64,000 nucleotides of DNA from Tubulanus polymorphus. Taxonomy: Eukaryota > Animalia > Nemertea. The stretch's first letter is position 1. Each line of letters begins with the position of its first letter. A program made the position numbers and the translations under genes. The notes beneath the pieces are model-generated. The model worked only from the letters and a program-made list of their open reading frames with translations, was not told the origin of the DNA and made no database searches. The DNA lies in the NCBI RefSeq assembly GCF_964204645.1, contig NC_134027.1:23088560-23152559 (forward strand), in the 5' to 3' direction. This document shows, piece after piece, positions 1 to 12,946 of this stretch.

Positions 1-274
1 GTCTCTGTGAGTTTCAATGTAACTTCTACGCTACCAACAGAATTATTAAGTTTACACGAATAAGATCCGTAATCAGACGCCTGAACTGATTGTATGGTGA
101 CATCCCACTGCGTTAAACTGGTATTTTTCATTAAATGTTTGCCATTTGTTGAATTGTGACTGCAATTTAAAGTTGTCGCTTGCGGATTCGCATCGTAGTT
201 TATCGTGTATCTTATATTTTCTCCTATATTCGCGGCGATGGGTTCAACGAGTTGTGGCGATAGTTTTGGTGCAT
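1..274 (-). CDS. Gene A exon, membrane-proximal Ig module f (truncated by window)
   Basis: DAPKLSPQLVEPIAANIGE..INYDANP..DYGSYSCKLNNSVG; tag acceptor. Confidence 0.88.
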
Positions 275-3200
275 CTATTATAGAATTGAACTAAATATGT
301 ATGTCGTGTCAAAGCAGAAATTTTCTAGAAGGCTACACGAGTAATTTTTATTAGCACTTTAGAGATGAAAGAATGTAGTTTCAAATGAAGATATATACAT
401 ATGACTTTAGCGCATCTATTACCAATTGAACTAAAACTATGAGGAAGTTGATTCCATTGCGTTACCATTTTAAACGAAATCTTAAATGCTGAATGAAATC
501 TTAAAAAATAGATGGATTGCACATTGTATGATGTTTACCTAATGAAAATACGAAGAACAATTTTTTGGGTTGTGATTCAATAAAAGTCAGCCATGGAAAT
601 ACAGATAATGATTCGTTCTACTCGAACTTCTGTTGCAGATAAAAATATGAATCGTTAAAAATGTCATGCATTATTTCACACTTACACAATATAGACAGTG
701 TCGTGGAGTTGGTGACACCATTAACAGGTTGACTGTTCTGATAAGCTGTACATCTGTATTGTCTCCCATTTTTATCCTTATCAGTTGATACTACTAGACT
801 ACTAGTAGATATCTGTCCACTGTGAGATTCGAGATGATTTACTGGTGGACTGGGTGAAATATTTATCCACGTTGTCGCCCCAGAGCTGTACGCCCAGAGA
901 ATCGTAGACACCGGGTTACTGGAGTCAGTTGTACACGTAAGAGTCTTTGATGTACCTTGAACAACTGGACCGCTTGGAATTTCAGTCAGTGTCATTGATT
1001 CTGGTGGAACTGTAGATATAAAAGTTAGAGCCATGATTGTTATGCCGTAAAACGGTCATTGAAAAAGTGATTTTCACTTACAATGAACGGTTATAGTTGT
1101 ATTTTTGTTAAGATTTCCAGTTTGACATCTGTATCGAGCCTGATTCATGGTTTTAGTTGCAGTAATAGATAATGTACTAGTAGCCACAAACCCGTGATTG
1201 GTTCCAGTAGTTCGATTCGTAGCTGGTTGAGGGTCAAGTAGTGTCCATGTTGTAGAGGAATATGTAAACCACTGAATCTGTGCAGCCGGGTTTGACGAGT
1301 CAGTTTTACACTCTATCTGTTGATTATTGTTTACTAACACATTATCAGCCGGTGTCTTCATCATTATCAGTGCTGTTGCTGTGACTAAATTTTGAATCGT
1401 CGCAAATTAACAAAAATTCCTGTATTCGAATTCAACGCATACGAGTAAATTCAATCCGGGTACTTACAGTTGACAGTTAATATAATTTTATTAGAAAACA
1501 TTGGTGTTGGTATACCAGCCCCAGTAGCTGTACATTGATATTCTGCCTGGTTATCTGTTTTATTGACGGATGTTGAATATGTTAGAGGACTGACTCCCTT
1601 TTTCACAGTGCTGCCCCCTGGTGTTCTAGTTATGGCGAGGTTCGGTTCCGGGTTACCTCCTGTAGTTGTACACGTTAAATCAACAGATGCAGATTCCTGA
1701 ACGGGTGACGTCGGTCCTTGTAATGTAACACTACTCGGTGGAACTAAAATGAAGGGAAAAACGATTCGACCTAAACGTTTATGGGCGGCCATACCCGCAA
1801 AATATCAGCGTCTCGTCTGTTTGTCTGTACTCCGGATAATCATCTCATCTTATCAACGTGATATTTTTCCTGGTCGATATTTTCAAGTTCGTAGGTAGTA
1901 CGGCTGTGTGTAAATAGACTGATTTTCGGTTTCCATTTTTGATTAAAGACTTGTCTAATTTGAGACCACAGCACCAGAGTAACGGCTTGTTACCGAAAGA
2001 CTGATTGCCTGTCGAGTTCAGGGCCACCTGCCTTTGCACACCGTTTGATGTCCATGATACCAATGAACCGAAACACGCATGTATGGTGGCTGATTCAGGC
2101 CATAACGTAAAATTACTGCTATGCAAATGAGGGAACCAGAACGCCGGAACGAAAAAAAGTCAAATTTTCTCGAAAAGTCCGTTTTGGCGCGCCAAAAGTA
2201 AAGAATGTCCCGTTTTGGCACCCCCGCCAAAAAAACGAAAAACGTCTCAATTTCTCTGAAAATCCGTTTTGGTGCGCCAACACAAAGAAATTTCGGCGCC
2301 AAAACGAACTTTTATACGTAAATAATTCTATATATGCAAATTTATGCAAATTAAACATAAGATCAATGCGCCAAATTGAAAAATAATCTCACTGTGGTTG
2401 AGTGTTTGTTTTGGCGGGGGCGCCAAAACGGATTTTTAGAGAAATTATGACTTTTTTCGTTGTTTTGGCGCCCTCATTTGCATACCAGGAATTTTAAGCT
2501 ACGGCCCGAGTCAGCCACCATACGCATGCGCTACACCTCAGTAGAAAGTAAGCACTGCTGATATACACAGACATGGTTAATTTTATAAACTAGGGGTTTA
2601 TGGACACCATGCTTGGAAAGTGGTTTCAATTGCTCAATAATCTAACAAGTTCAATATTCAACGCCCGCTGGTGACCATATACAGAAACCAATAATCTTGA
2701 AACTAACTACAATCATAGACCATGTCAGCAGCTATAATTTTGCAATTGATTGCACTAATCAATTATGTAATTTGTCATTTCCATTGTGTAACTTTTAAAA
2801 TTCATATATTGTTATAATTCACAGGAAATTTAAAAAATAATAATAATTGATTGTGATACCAAAATATGTCTAGATACCAAAATTATTCTACTATTCAATG
2901 CCCCCTGGTGACTATATGCAAAACCCAATAACCTTGAAACTCACCACAATCATAGTAGAATGTCATGAGCTATAACTTTCGAATTGATTGAGGAAACAAA
3001 ATATGCAAAGGTACAATATAGAAATAGCAAGTAATTGAATAATTCAACGCCCCTGGTGGACATATTAAAAAAAAACCAATTACCTTGAAACTCACCACAA
3101 TCATAGAATATATTATGAGCTACAACTTTTCAATTGTTTGTGGTAACAACATATGCTCAGGTATCGATATAATGCGGAAAATCTTTTTTCCACCTACGAA

Positions 3201-6200
3201 TGAGTACTGATGACACCAAGATGGCCGCCAATTACGTGATAAAAATACCTGTCTCATGTTTTAAAGATAAATACCCATCACATATTTTGATGAAAAATGG
3301 CAAACAGCAGGAAGCTCCAGGACACCGAATTCGGGCCAAAATTGACATTTTGGGCACCAAAAAAACGGTCAGAGTACGATTATCCTCAGTCCCATCGGCC
3401 TAATTTTTCTTATGCTGATGGGCCCTGTAAAGATATATATGTACGAAAAAAAGATACGATTATTTTGAAGGGAGTTTAAAATGGGGACTGAAACCTTTGT
3501 TGAGGTTGACAGAGCGTACGGAATGAGTGCAAATCAAAGCAGATTCGACTATGTCTCTTCAGTGAGATTGATGTTGGGAAAAATAATATTAGCTCTAGGG
3601 AAATCATAATTATACTTGGTTTCCAAAAATAAGGGACTACTAATTTTACCTCATTTGTTCCTTGCATAATTGAGTGATTTGTAGTAAACTTTTTACAGTA
3701 CTTACAGATGACATTTAATCTAACTTGATTAGAAATCATTGGTGTTGGTATACCAGCCCCAGTAGCTGTACATTGATATTCTGCCTGGTTATCTGTTTTA
3801 GTGACGGATGTTGAATATGTTAGAGGACTAACTCCCTGTTTGACAGTGCTGCCTCCTCGTGTTCTAGTTATGGTGAGGGTCGGTACCGGGTTACCCCCTG
3901 TAGCTGTACACGTTAAGTCAACAGATGCAGATTCCTGAACGGGTGACGTCGGTCCTTGTAATGTTACACCACTTGGTGGATCTGAAATCAAAAGGTGTTA
4001 CACACATGATTATCATATTCAATCGATTATTCATATGCAGCAGTAGCTACAGATTATTTTACAGCCTCTGGAAGGAAAATTTAGATTGCCCCAAATACGT
4101 TTGAAGTGCATTCAAAAATAATATTTGTTCTAAGCTTTTTAGGTCAGGAATTATTTCTTTTATTCAAAGAAATATGGAATATATAATATCACGCCAAGTT
4201 CAATAATGAATTCGAGAAATAAATTTCCTAAACGTTTTTGATATTCTAATTGTTTCGGTTCACTGTATAATTGCCGCATTTTTTTGAAAGCGCCTCACCC
4301 AATCAACATCGTGATAAATAAACATCACGCAGATGAGAATCAGTTGACATTATACGGTGGGACTACTAAGAAAGAATCATTTGAGCATCTGTCCCAATTC
4401 TTGCCGTATGATACATTTACTGCGTGATATTCTATTTCAATCAGAGAATCTGATCCGTTTGAATTTCTGTTGAACGCGTTTGAATTCATATTCTTTTGTA
4501 TTTGTACGATATTCTTAGTCTTTATTCATGATTATTGCTCTATCCCGATGTGACAATAATATCTTTTGATAAGGAAAAAACCCGAAACTTTAACATATTT
4601 CTGCCTCATAAAATGAACTTCATAATTAACTCCGTCAAGGAGCCGCACGCGTTTTCCGCGGCATTCAACGCAGTAATCTAGGTACAGATATTTTGTTCTT
4701 TATCGAAAATGACGGAACAGATTTGATGAATTCCTTTGAATTCATTGGATGGACAGTATAAAACTAATTGTTATTATAAAAAGTAATATGATGAGTTGAA
4801 TGACGTGAGTTTAGATGAGTACTTACATTCCACATTGATAGTAATACTACCAGCAACTGATCCTGCTATATTCGATACGTTGCATGTATAAACACCTGAA
4901 TCAGTTTTACTGATTCGTGTAAAACTGAGTTTATTATTAGACTGTCCTGATAGATTGACACCGCTCCATTTATACGACAGTCCTGTAGCTCCAGGCTGTG
5001 AACTGTTACATGTGATAGTCAATGGTGAATTCTCCTGTACTGTTACGATGTTGTTGATGGCGGTTGGTTGAGATGTTAGAACTGGTCCACTCGGGGGTAC
5101 TGAAAATTTGAAACTGCATGTATTTTGAAAACCACGGAGGTTTCGATGGTACATTTTCCTTACGCCTCCTGAATTATTGATTTTCGCAATCTAAAACAAA
5201 TCATCAACATCATAATGAAAGGTACAACATCAATCAGTTGTAGATCACGAAATATCCGTGATAAAACGATAAGAGTAAAATCCCGCAATGAATGAATTGA
5301 TGGCCAAAAAGAAGCAATATTTCGGGTGGTTGCTACCACCCTTCTTCAGTCAAAATGACTTACCGAAAATACGCAGCGTATGTATACAGATATATATGTA
5401 CGAAAAAAAGATACGATTATTTTGAAGGGAGTTTAAAATGGGGACTGAAACCTTTGTTGAGGTTGACAGAGCCTGCCGAATGAGTGCAAATCAAAGCAGA
5501 TTCAACTATGTCTCTTCAGTGAGATTGATGTTGGGAAAAATAGTATTAGCTCTATGGAAATCATAATTATACTTGGTTTCCAAAAATAAGGGACTACCTG
5601 ACTTTCTAATTTTACCTCATTTGTTCCTTGAATAATTGAGTGATTTGTAGTAAACTTTTTACAGTACTTACAGATGACATTTAATCTAACTTTATTAGAG
5701 ATCATTGGTGTTGGTATACCAGCCCCAGTAGCTGTACATTGATATTCTGCCTGGTTATCTGTTTTAGTGACAGATAGTGAATATGTTAGTGGACTAACTC
5801 CTTGTTTGACAGTGCTGCCTCCTGGTGTCCTAGTTATGTTGAGGTTCGGTACCGGGTTACCCCCTGTAGCTGTACACGTTAAGTCAACAGATGCAGATTC
5901 CTGAACGGGTGACGTCGGTCCTTGTAATGTTACACCACTTGGTGGATCTGAAATCAAAAGGTGTTACACACATGATTATCATATTCAATCGATTATTCAT
6001 ATGCAGCAGTAGCTACAGATTATTTTACAGCCTCTGGAAGGAAAATTTAGATTGCCCCAAATACGTTTGAAGTGCATTCAAAAATAATATTTGTTCTAAG
6101 CTTTTTAGGTCAGGAATTATTTCTTTTATTCAAAGAAATATGGAATATATAATATCACGCCAAGTTCAATAATGAATTCGAGAAATAAATTTCCTAAACG

Positions 6201-9200
6201 TTTTTGATATTCTAATTGTTTCGGTTCACTGTATAATTGCCGCATTTTTTTTGAAAGCGCCTCACCCAATCAACATCGTGATAAATAAACATCACGCAGA
6301 TGAGAATCAGTTGACATTATACGGTGGGACTACTAAGAAAGAATCATTTGAGCATCTGTCCCAATTCTTGCCGTATGATACATTTACTGCGTGATATTCT
6401 ATTTCAATCAGAGAATCTGATCCGTTTGAATTTCTGTTTAACGCGTTTGAATTCATATTCTTTTGTATTTGTACGATATTCTTAGTCTTTATTCATGATT
6501 ATTGCTCTATCCCGATGTGACAAGAATATCTTTTGATAAGGAAAAAACCCGAAACTTTAACATATTTCTGCCTCATAAAAACGAAACTCATATGAACTTC
6601 ATAATTAACTCCGTCAAGGAGCCGCACGCGTTTTCCGCGGCATTCAACGCAGTAATCTAGGTACAGATATTTTGTTCTTTATCGAAAATGACGGAACAGA
6701 TTTGATGAATTCCTTTGAATTCATTGGATGGACAGTATAAAACTAATTGTTATTATAAAATGTAATATGATGAGTTGAATGACGTGAGTTTAGATGAGTA
6801 CTTACATTCCACATTGATAGTAATATTACCAGCAACTGATCCTGCTATATTCGATACGTTACATGTATAGACACCTGAATCAGTTTTACTGATTCGTGTA
6901 AAACTGAGTTTATTATTAGACTGTCCTGATAGATTGACACCGCTCCATTTGTACGTCAGTCCTGTAGCTCCAGACTGTGAACCGTCACATGCGATTGTTA
7001 ATGGTGAATTCTCCTGTACTGCGACGATGTTGTTGTTGGCGGTGTTTGGTTGAGATGTTAGAACTGGTCCACTCGGGGGCGCTGTAAATGTAAAACTATA
7101 TCTATATTGAAAACCACGGTGGTTTCAATGGTACATTTTCAATACGCCTGCTGGATTATTGATTTTGGAAATTTAAAAACAAATCATCGACATGGAAATT
7201 AATGATTTTACATGAATAAGTCAAAAAGTTTATTCATAATATTAGAAATGTTTCGGGTGGTTGCTAACACCCTTCTTCAGTCTAAAATGACTTGCCAAAT
7301 AAATACACAACATATGTATATAAGCATATTAATATAGAATCATATACCTGTCACTGCACATAAGTTATGGGGACTAGAGTACTGACATTATACAAGTATT
7401 TTGAAGGGAGTTTAAGATGGGGGATGAAACCTTTGTTTAGGTTGACAGAGCCGTCGGAATGAGTGATAATTAAAGCAGATTCAACTATGTCTCTTTTAGT
7501 GAGATTGATGTTGGCAAAAATAATATTGGCTCCAGGAAAATCAAAATTATATCCGATTTCAAAGAAGGGATACCCCATTTTACTTATATCACCCCATTAA
7601 AAACATCCCGTTTATGTTCCCTGATTCTTCCCAGTTTCACCAAATATAGAAAGTTTACAATCAGATCAGTTGATTCTATTAACTCGACAATGGACATTAG
7701 GGTTAAGATTGTTATTGGAGCAAAATAAAGAAATTTTATTGATATACTTGAAAATGAAATCGGTATTCAAATCATGAGGAGCCGGTTCGAATTTTTCATG
7801 ACAATGACAAAAGGAACTATAATTTTGATTTTAGGCTTTAACGAACTAATGATTACGTGGTCGCGAAGGAGAGAAAAACTTTTTTTGACATTGTGAAGCG
7901 CTTTCTCTAAATCTTTGTCCGGGTATGCAAGTTTTCAAAAAAAGGTTGAATATGCTACTAAAATACAGCGTTGTACACAAGAGTAGAGTTGACCATGATT
8001 CTGGAGCATTTTTGGGTGGCTATAGCCCCTTAATTCCCCAACCAAAAATGCAAGGGAGCACTTTTATCCGATAGTTTACTTTGTTTATCCGATAGTTTAT
8101 TTTGAAATTTTGAAATTTGCCATCAAACCTTTTTAACGCAAAAGTGGAATTGGGCTCTCCTACTATGTAAAATCTAACGGCCTAAACAGTTTTTATCACA
8201 AATCCTACGTGTATAAGTCCCAAGGGAAACACCCTGAACAACCACCGCTTTAAGGTAAGTTTGAGTGAATGGAAAGAAATTCAGGTAGGATTCACAGTTG
8301 AAGGTTTATGAAAAACAGAGAAACCTAATCTCGAATTAAGCTTTTGTATGAGAACATCCAAAAATGCATTTTTCCATCGAAGGAAAACTTTAAGGAAGGA
8401 TAAAGGATATTAGGAAATGTCAAAAAATAGTCAAGGTCGAGATCAGTTGATACTAAACATAATGTGTAATCGCCATTAACTGAACCATAGAAGAGGCGCG
8501 AATATATAGGGGTCAAATTTCACATTCAATGTGTTCCCAAAAAGGTAAGCTAGAATAGGTGATAGGGGGTTGCCCGTAGCGAAATCACATATTTAATCAA
8601 AGAAATTGCCATCAGTTTGGAAAATAGGCTCTTCGAAAAGTACATAACTCTAAAAGATCAATGAAACATACGTTTGATACAATCTAAAGCGAGTTCCACT
8701 GGAAGGTTAGTGAATAGAGAGACTGCATCAAACGAGATGAATGTATGCATTAGGGATAATGTGACGTCTTGTAATAAATCCGTATCGTGTTTGATATGAG
8801 AACCAGAGAACGAACCAAGTACGTGAAGGAGAAAGCATTTTGGCAATAATCGATTGGAATAATCGATTAAGAAAAATAATTAGAGGGAGAGCCCTTGCCG
8901 ATAGGACGTAAAGCGACATTACTTTTATGAATCTTAGGGAAGCCGTAAGCGTATGGTAAATTTCATAATTGATTTCTTATCAGTAGGATGCTTATATACA
9001 TATACTGTGTATTCTTGTGAGTCATTTCAGATTGAAGAAGGGTGGTAGCAACCACTCGAAATACGTCAAATATTTTGAATAAACTTTTTTACGGAAGCGT
9101 CCTGGGGACATCATTTACGAGCAATAAAAATTTTATTTTTTGGTGAGATATATCTCAACATAAAATCATTTACGGTTAATACATAGTTTTGCCGATTTTA

Positions 9201-11666
9201 TGTCGACTCATTATCTCGACATAAATTCAGAAATTTTCCTCTTAAATTCAAAATTCGATTTTCTGCCGAGAACCACCGCCGTCCTGGAGAAATCTTTTAT
9301 GAAAAACGAAGAATTGATTTTATGTCGAGTAATCATCTCGACATTAATTCATTCACCATTAATAAAAAGTTTAGCCGAATTTATGTCGAGTTATTATCTC
9401 GAAATAAATTCAATTTTTTTATTAATCGTAAATGAATTATGTTGAGATGTAACTCGACATAAAATCAGCAAAACAACGGCAAAACATTTTATTTAATTGT
9501 AAATGAATTTATGTCGAGATGATAACTCGACATAAATTCAATTTTTGTTTTTCATAAAAGATTTCCCCATGACGGCGCTGGATCTCGACGGAAAATCGAA
9601 TTTTGAACTAAAGAGGAAAATTGCTGAATTTATGTAATGAGATATCATTCAATTGTTTATCATCCTTACCTACTACAGTAACTACTGTTCTACTTTCTGA
9701 AAACATGTTCATGTATTCACATGCCCATCCTCCAGCATCAGACATATGTACATTAGTTATACGTAAACCGTAACGTCCAGCTGTTATGTCACATTGTCCA
9801 GTGTACCGAGATTCACTAATAGCGCCACGAGGACAGTTTGTCTTATCAAACGAATACTGTACAGTAGGGGTACTGAATGTCATTCTGTAACCGCAGAAAT
9901 CTTTACTGGGTGGTGAAACCTGACATTGTACGTCAGTGGTGCCACCTAGTGTTACAACTGCTGGTGTTACAACTGTCGTGATTGTCGTGTCCGCTGCATC
10001 TATACAATTCTGCTGCTGTCCTAGAATTATTCAATCACCTTTAAACATTTAAAATCGTTCATGTCATCGTGTTCCTATTAATCTAATCTTTTACAAGTAA
10101 TTTGTACTACATTGGCCGGGACATACGAAAATCAACGCTATACCGCGAGGTTCGTATTAAGCCATTTCGTATTAACGAGGTTCAAATGTATATGCACCAA
10201 ACGATGATCTCTAGCGAGAGTCCGAAACTTGGTGCATTTTCATCTTGATTCTTGAAAAATTAATATTCGATTTAAAGTTTTAATTTGTGTATTTACGTAG
10301 TGCGTCTCAAACTCATTAAAGACTGAAGAACAATAGCTAAATACTAAGTAAGCGACGAACTAAGGGTAATGATACAAGTAGAAGAAAATTAACAACCATT
10401 GGTGAAACAATATCTGATTGGTTTAAACGATATTTAGAACATCTTTCACTCATATAACGGTAGATCAAGTCTGAAAAGTTTCTTTTAAGCTATGAATTTA
10501 TTCGTCCAACGTTTCGACTATACCCCAATAGGCATCTTCAGGAATAACGAGTGAAAAAAAATATGACACATAATGCCATCGAGAACAAAGGAACCGTGTT
10601 TCTCATCACCGCGCACGTCCGAAGAATCAGTGACGAATATCTGGTAAAAATAGCGCTCGAATAATTGAATAATTTCTGTTGGTTTCTTTTCAATGCGAAA
10701 AAATGGAATGCTCAATAGAATCCTTGTTCATTATTATTTCTTTTTCGTACTTGGAATTATGTAATGTGCATTATCAGCAATGGTTATTGATGCGATGTAG
10801 ATAGATCGGGGTTTAAAACTGTCATTTGCCCTGACATTGGAGATTTCGGTAAGCACAATCCAAAAGTAAAGACTCGGTTCCCTCATGCCATCTTCAGTGC
10901 ATTTTCTACCTAAATCAAAATAAGGAAGTTGACTCCCTCAGGCTCCTCTTCAATCCCCCTTTCATTACAAGGACTAAGTAGAAATGTATGCCCCCCGCGT
11001 CACTTTGGAGAAGCCAGTGCACAATGAGAAACACGGTATGTATTTTGAATGGCGTTATGTGGTAGTATTTACCTGCTGTAGATCTCACGCAGAGAAGAAC
11101 AATCACAAACACACACCAGACTACCGGTACATTCTGAATATATATTAGAACAATAAATTACATGTGTTTGTCATAAATAAAGTTTTCATTTCTAAATCAA
11201 TTTAATCGACGTCTTGTTCGTGGACTTAAAACGATTTAACTATTTATAACCATACGTACATATATTTGTAATCGCAAACAGCAATCTATGTAAGATCTAT
11301 TGACGAATAAGCCACCATAATTGATTTACGTATCTAAACTCGAAATTTTTTGGATCATTTCATTAATGGCCTTTGCTTTGATGTTGGAGAGCCTAAACAA
11401 TTCTAAAGCCGTGCTTAAATAAAGTCAAGTCGTGTAAAAATTAATTTGAGTAACTTATGAATCTGAATATGTAGGCCTATAACCTTTTTTTATTCAACAA
11501 ATCCATGTACGCAACTAACATATTTTTGGAACTAACACAATTTTCTTGCAGTTGTGAAGTGACTGTGGTGGCTATAAGTAAGAAGCCAGTGGCCTATACG
11601 CGTGTTTACGATTTTACTGCATTATATAGGCCTACATGTACTCACTTGGATGCGTTGAGTGTTCAT
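1..11666 (-). CDS. Gene A: multi-exon IgSF receptor (leader-V-a-b-a-b-b-c-d-f..., 3' end off window)
   Basis: Exons 11646-11666, 11073-11133, 9670-10020, 6806-7081, 5672-5947, 4827-5099, 3706-3981, 1468-1743, 1082-1384, 686-1009, <1-274; all GT-AG with consistent phases; signal peptide MNTQRIQ/NVPVVWCVFVIVLLCVRSTAG. Confidence 0.88.
686..1009 (-). CDS. Gene A exon, Ig C2-like module d
   Basis: PPESMTLTEIPSGPVVQGTSKTLTCTTDSSNP..W..NGRQYRC; phase 1-1. Confidence 0.9.
1082..1384 (-). CDS. Gene A exon, Ig C2-like module c
   Basis: KTPADNVLVNNNQQIECKTDSSNPAAQIQWF..NQARYRC; phase 1-1. Confidence 0.9.
1468..1743 (-). CDS. Gene A exon, Ig C2-like module b (3rd copy)
   Basis: PPSSVTLQGPTSPVQESASVDLTCTTTGGNP..DNQAEYQC. 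Confidence 0.9.
2082..2522. mobile_element. MITE with ~55 bp TIRs and CGCATG target-site duplication
   Basis: TATGGTGGCTGA...TCAGCCACCATA termini; CGCATG at 2076-2081 and 2523-2528; empty site with a single CGCATG in the homologous sequence near 23637. Confidence 0.8.
2640..3160. repeat. Degenerate tandem repeat (about 3 units)
   Basis: Recurring attcaacgcccc..tggtg..aaaccaat..ccttgaaactcaccacaatcatag near 2656, 2894 and 3042. Confidence 0.65.
3706..3981 (-). CDS. Gene A exon, Ig module b (2nd copy)
   Basis: DPPSGVTLQGPTSPVQES..CTATGGNP; cag/gtaagt boundaries. Confidence 0.9.
4827..5099 (-). CDS. Gene A exon, Ig I/C2-like module a (2nd copy)
   Basis: PPSGPVLTSQP..VQENSPLTITC..YKW..DSGVYTC. 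Confidence 0.9.
5672..5947 (-). CDS. Gene A exon, Ig module b (1st copy)
   Basis: DPPSGVTLQGPTSPVQES..; 276 nt, phase 1-1. Confidence 0.9.
6806..7081 (-). CDS. Gene A exon, Ig module a (1st copy)
   Basis: Open 276-nt exon homologous to 4827-5099; cag acceptor, gtaagt donor; not in the ORF track. Confidence 0.88.
7200..9090. mobile_element. Old non-autonomous TIR element in the V-a intron of gene A
   Basis: ~7220-7330 and ~8985-9090 are inverted copies (tttcgggtggttgctaacacccttcttcagtctaaaatgact / agtcatttcagattgaagaagggtggtagcaaccactcgaaa); interior homologous to B and C introns; boundaries approximate. Confidence 0.65.
9090..9607. mobile_element. Foldback/MITE-like element (TACGGAAGCGTC terminus family)
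   Basis: Internal inverted repeats ~9247-9330 and ~9520-9607; same terminus recurs at 13020. Confidence 0.6.
9670..10020 (-). CDS. Gene A exon, atypical V-like Ig domain (6 Cys)
   Basis: GQQQNCIDAAD..VQCQVSPPSKDFCGYR..YGLRITNVHMSDAGGWAC; 351 nt, phase 1-1. Confidence 0.9.
10503..10546 (-). ncRNA. Minimal hammerhead-ribozyme-like core (Penelope-like remnant)
   Basis: Minus strand CTGAAGA-stem-GAAACGTT; stem I weak. Confidence 0.35.
11073..11133 (-). CDS. Gene A leader exon 2 (signal peptide core)
   Basis: NVPVVWCVFVIVLLCVRSTA(G); phase 0-1; conserved in gene B. Confidence 0.85.
11646..11666 (-). CDS. Gene A leader exon 1 (start codon)
   Basis: ATG AAC ACT CAA CGC ATC CAA|gtgagt; the paralogue in B reads MNDQRIQ|gtaagt. 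Confidence 0.7.
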
Positions 11667-11741
11667 TTTTTTCCAAATTTCCTGATGATCAACATATCGA
11701 TTATTTTGAAAGAAGAAGTTATAGCAAAGTTTTCAAGTATA

Positions 11742-12260
11742 AACACTCGCTTCCTTTCAACGTCGCAATCAAACACGTATGTCAAACCTAAGCCTAACGA
11801 TTGCGAGGTAATAGAATCACGTAGACGAACACAAACCGGTAATCCAAATTTAGAAAACGTCTAATCAAAGAGAAACTTCGAAACTGAAAACGTCTGGTCG
11901 ATTTTCACTTCCTGGTCGCATTATACACACTAGATTTATATCTACACATACCAACATACAATGTAGACCTACCCGCGGCGTATGTGCCTAGTTGACAGCA
12001 GTACGAATTACTTGACGACATTCTTCTGATTTATAATGCCTACACTCTATACATAAACAGCTATTATAGTCCTATATTCTTGAATGTTATTGATTAAGTA
12101 TCTTTGTTCATTGCGGTAAAAACCCACTCAGTATAGGTCTTGTATTTTCGTGTTAACAACGGCATTCAACACTGAATATCGATGATGAAAATGACTCTTG
12201 TCTGCATTATTCGCTATATTTACCTAACTTCCTGGTCGGAATAGAAATAGTACGTCTTTT
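11742..12260. promoter_or_regulatory. Conserved upstream block of gene A (copy of the B/C bidirectional promoter) with IRF-like and Ets-IRF composite motifs
   Basis: Near-identical to 32758-33278; GAAACTGAAA 11880-11889; TTTCACTTCC (=GGAAGTGAAA) ~11903-11912; second ACTTCCTG ~12227-12234. Confidence 0.55.
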
Positions 12261-12568
12261 TAAATATTCATTCGAAAGAAATTCTTAGCGCTGTACGTAG
12301 TGTTGATTGATATCAGCAGTTTACTTGAATATTGTAAGTTTATCGTTTTACTTTCAAGTCTTTATTTTTTTCAAATCTTACATTCGCTTTGCTGTTGTTT
12401 TCATCAACGTAATTAAATCACCAAACTCAATTGCCAAAGGTCAGAAAAATCTTTTTATCTTAATTTTTTTCAGTGTTATCACATTCCATTATAGTTGAAA
12501 TTTGTGGCTAATTTAGACGCAGCCCACGGAGGTGTTCTGTGGTTCTTTGAGAAGCAATTCCATAGAGC

Positions 12569-12584
12569 ATGCATAGATCATAAG
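12569..12584 (+). pseudogene. Orphan disabled first exon of a lost divergent partner gene
   Basis: ATG CAT AGA TCAT AAG|gtaagg versus gene C ATG TAT GGA AAG|gtaagg in homologous context; 4-bp insertion gives TAA; no downstream exons found. Confidence 0.55.
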
Positions 12585-12620
12585 GTAAGGATTAGAGTTA
12601 CGCTAAATTCACCCAAATTC

Positions 12621-12946
12621 CATCCTCGCTTGCCAGGGGTCCGGTATCACTCCCGAACTCGCTTCCACCAGCCCCCTGGCCTCACGAAGCGTGATTTCAT
12701 TACTGGCGCTGTTGTGCATGACGTCATATATCGATTTGCGAAATATTTCCTGGTTCAGTAAAACGTTCGCTGATTGGTCCATTTAACGGGAAAACCAATA
12801 GAAGCCTAAAGTCGTTTGTTACAAGCGCTGTGATTGGTACGACCGGATTCTGGTCGGCTAGTAACGACTCCAACGACTCGTGAGGTGAAGGGGTTTGGCG
12901 AACAGCTTTATCGTTGTGGATTCGAATCCCTTGACGGGTGAAGATG
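12621..12946. mobile_element. MITE with 9-bp TSD (MULE-like)
   Basis: CCCAAATTC at 12612-12620 and 12947-12955; imperfect TIR CATCCTC../..GAAGATG; empty site at ~33677-33685. Confidence 0.75.

Larger units (their letters stand above)
3430..7330. repeat. Recent ~1.97 kb tandem duplication of the a-b exon cassette in gene A
   Basis: 3430-5390 and 5390-7330 are near-identical including introns; b exons are offset by 1966 bp. Confidence 0.9.

Noticed and set aside
1603-1610. CACAGTG heptamers suggesting RAG recombination signals / V(D)J-like rearrangement
   Set aside because: They lie inside module-b coding sequence (antisense of STVK codons), with no nonamer at 12/23 spacing seen. V exons are complete with their own G strand and splice donor, and no J segments were found.
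2018-2358. ORFs in 2018-2358 and 40774-41156
   Set aside because: They fall within MITE interiors with low-complexity F/K/R-rich translations.
11973-12021. Upstream ATG exon MSSSNSYCCQLGTYAA with gtaggt donor (also upstream of B)
   Set aside because: Its phase-1 end is incompatible with the phase-0 leader exon. It may be a 5'UTR exon/uORF but cannot be supported as CDS.
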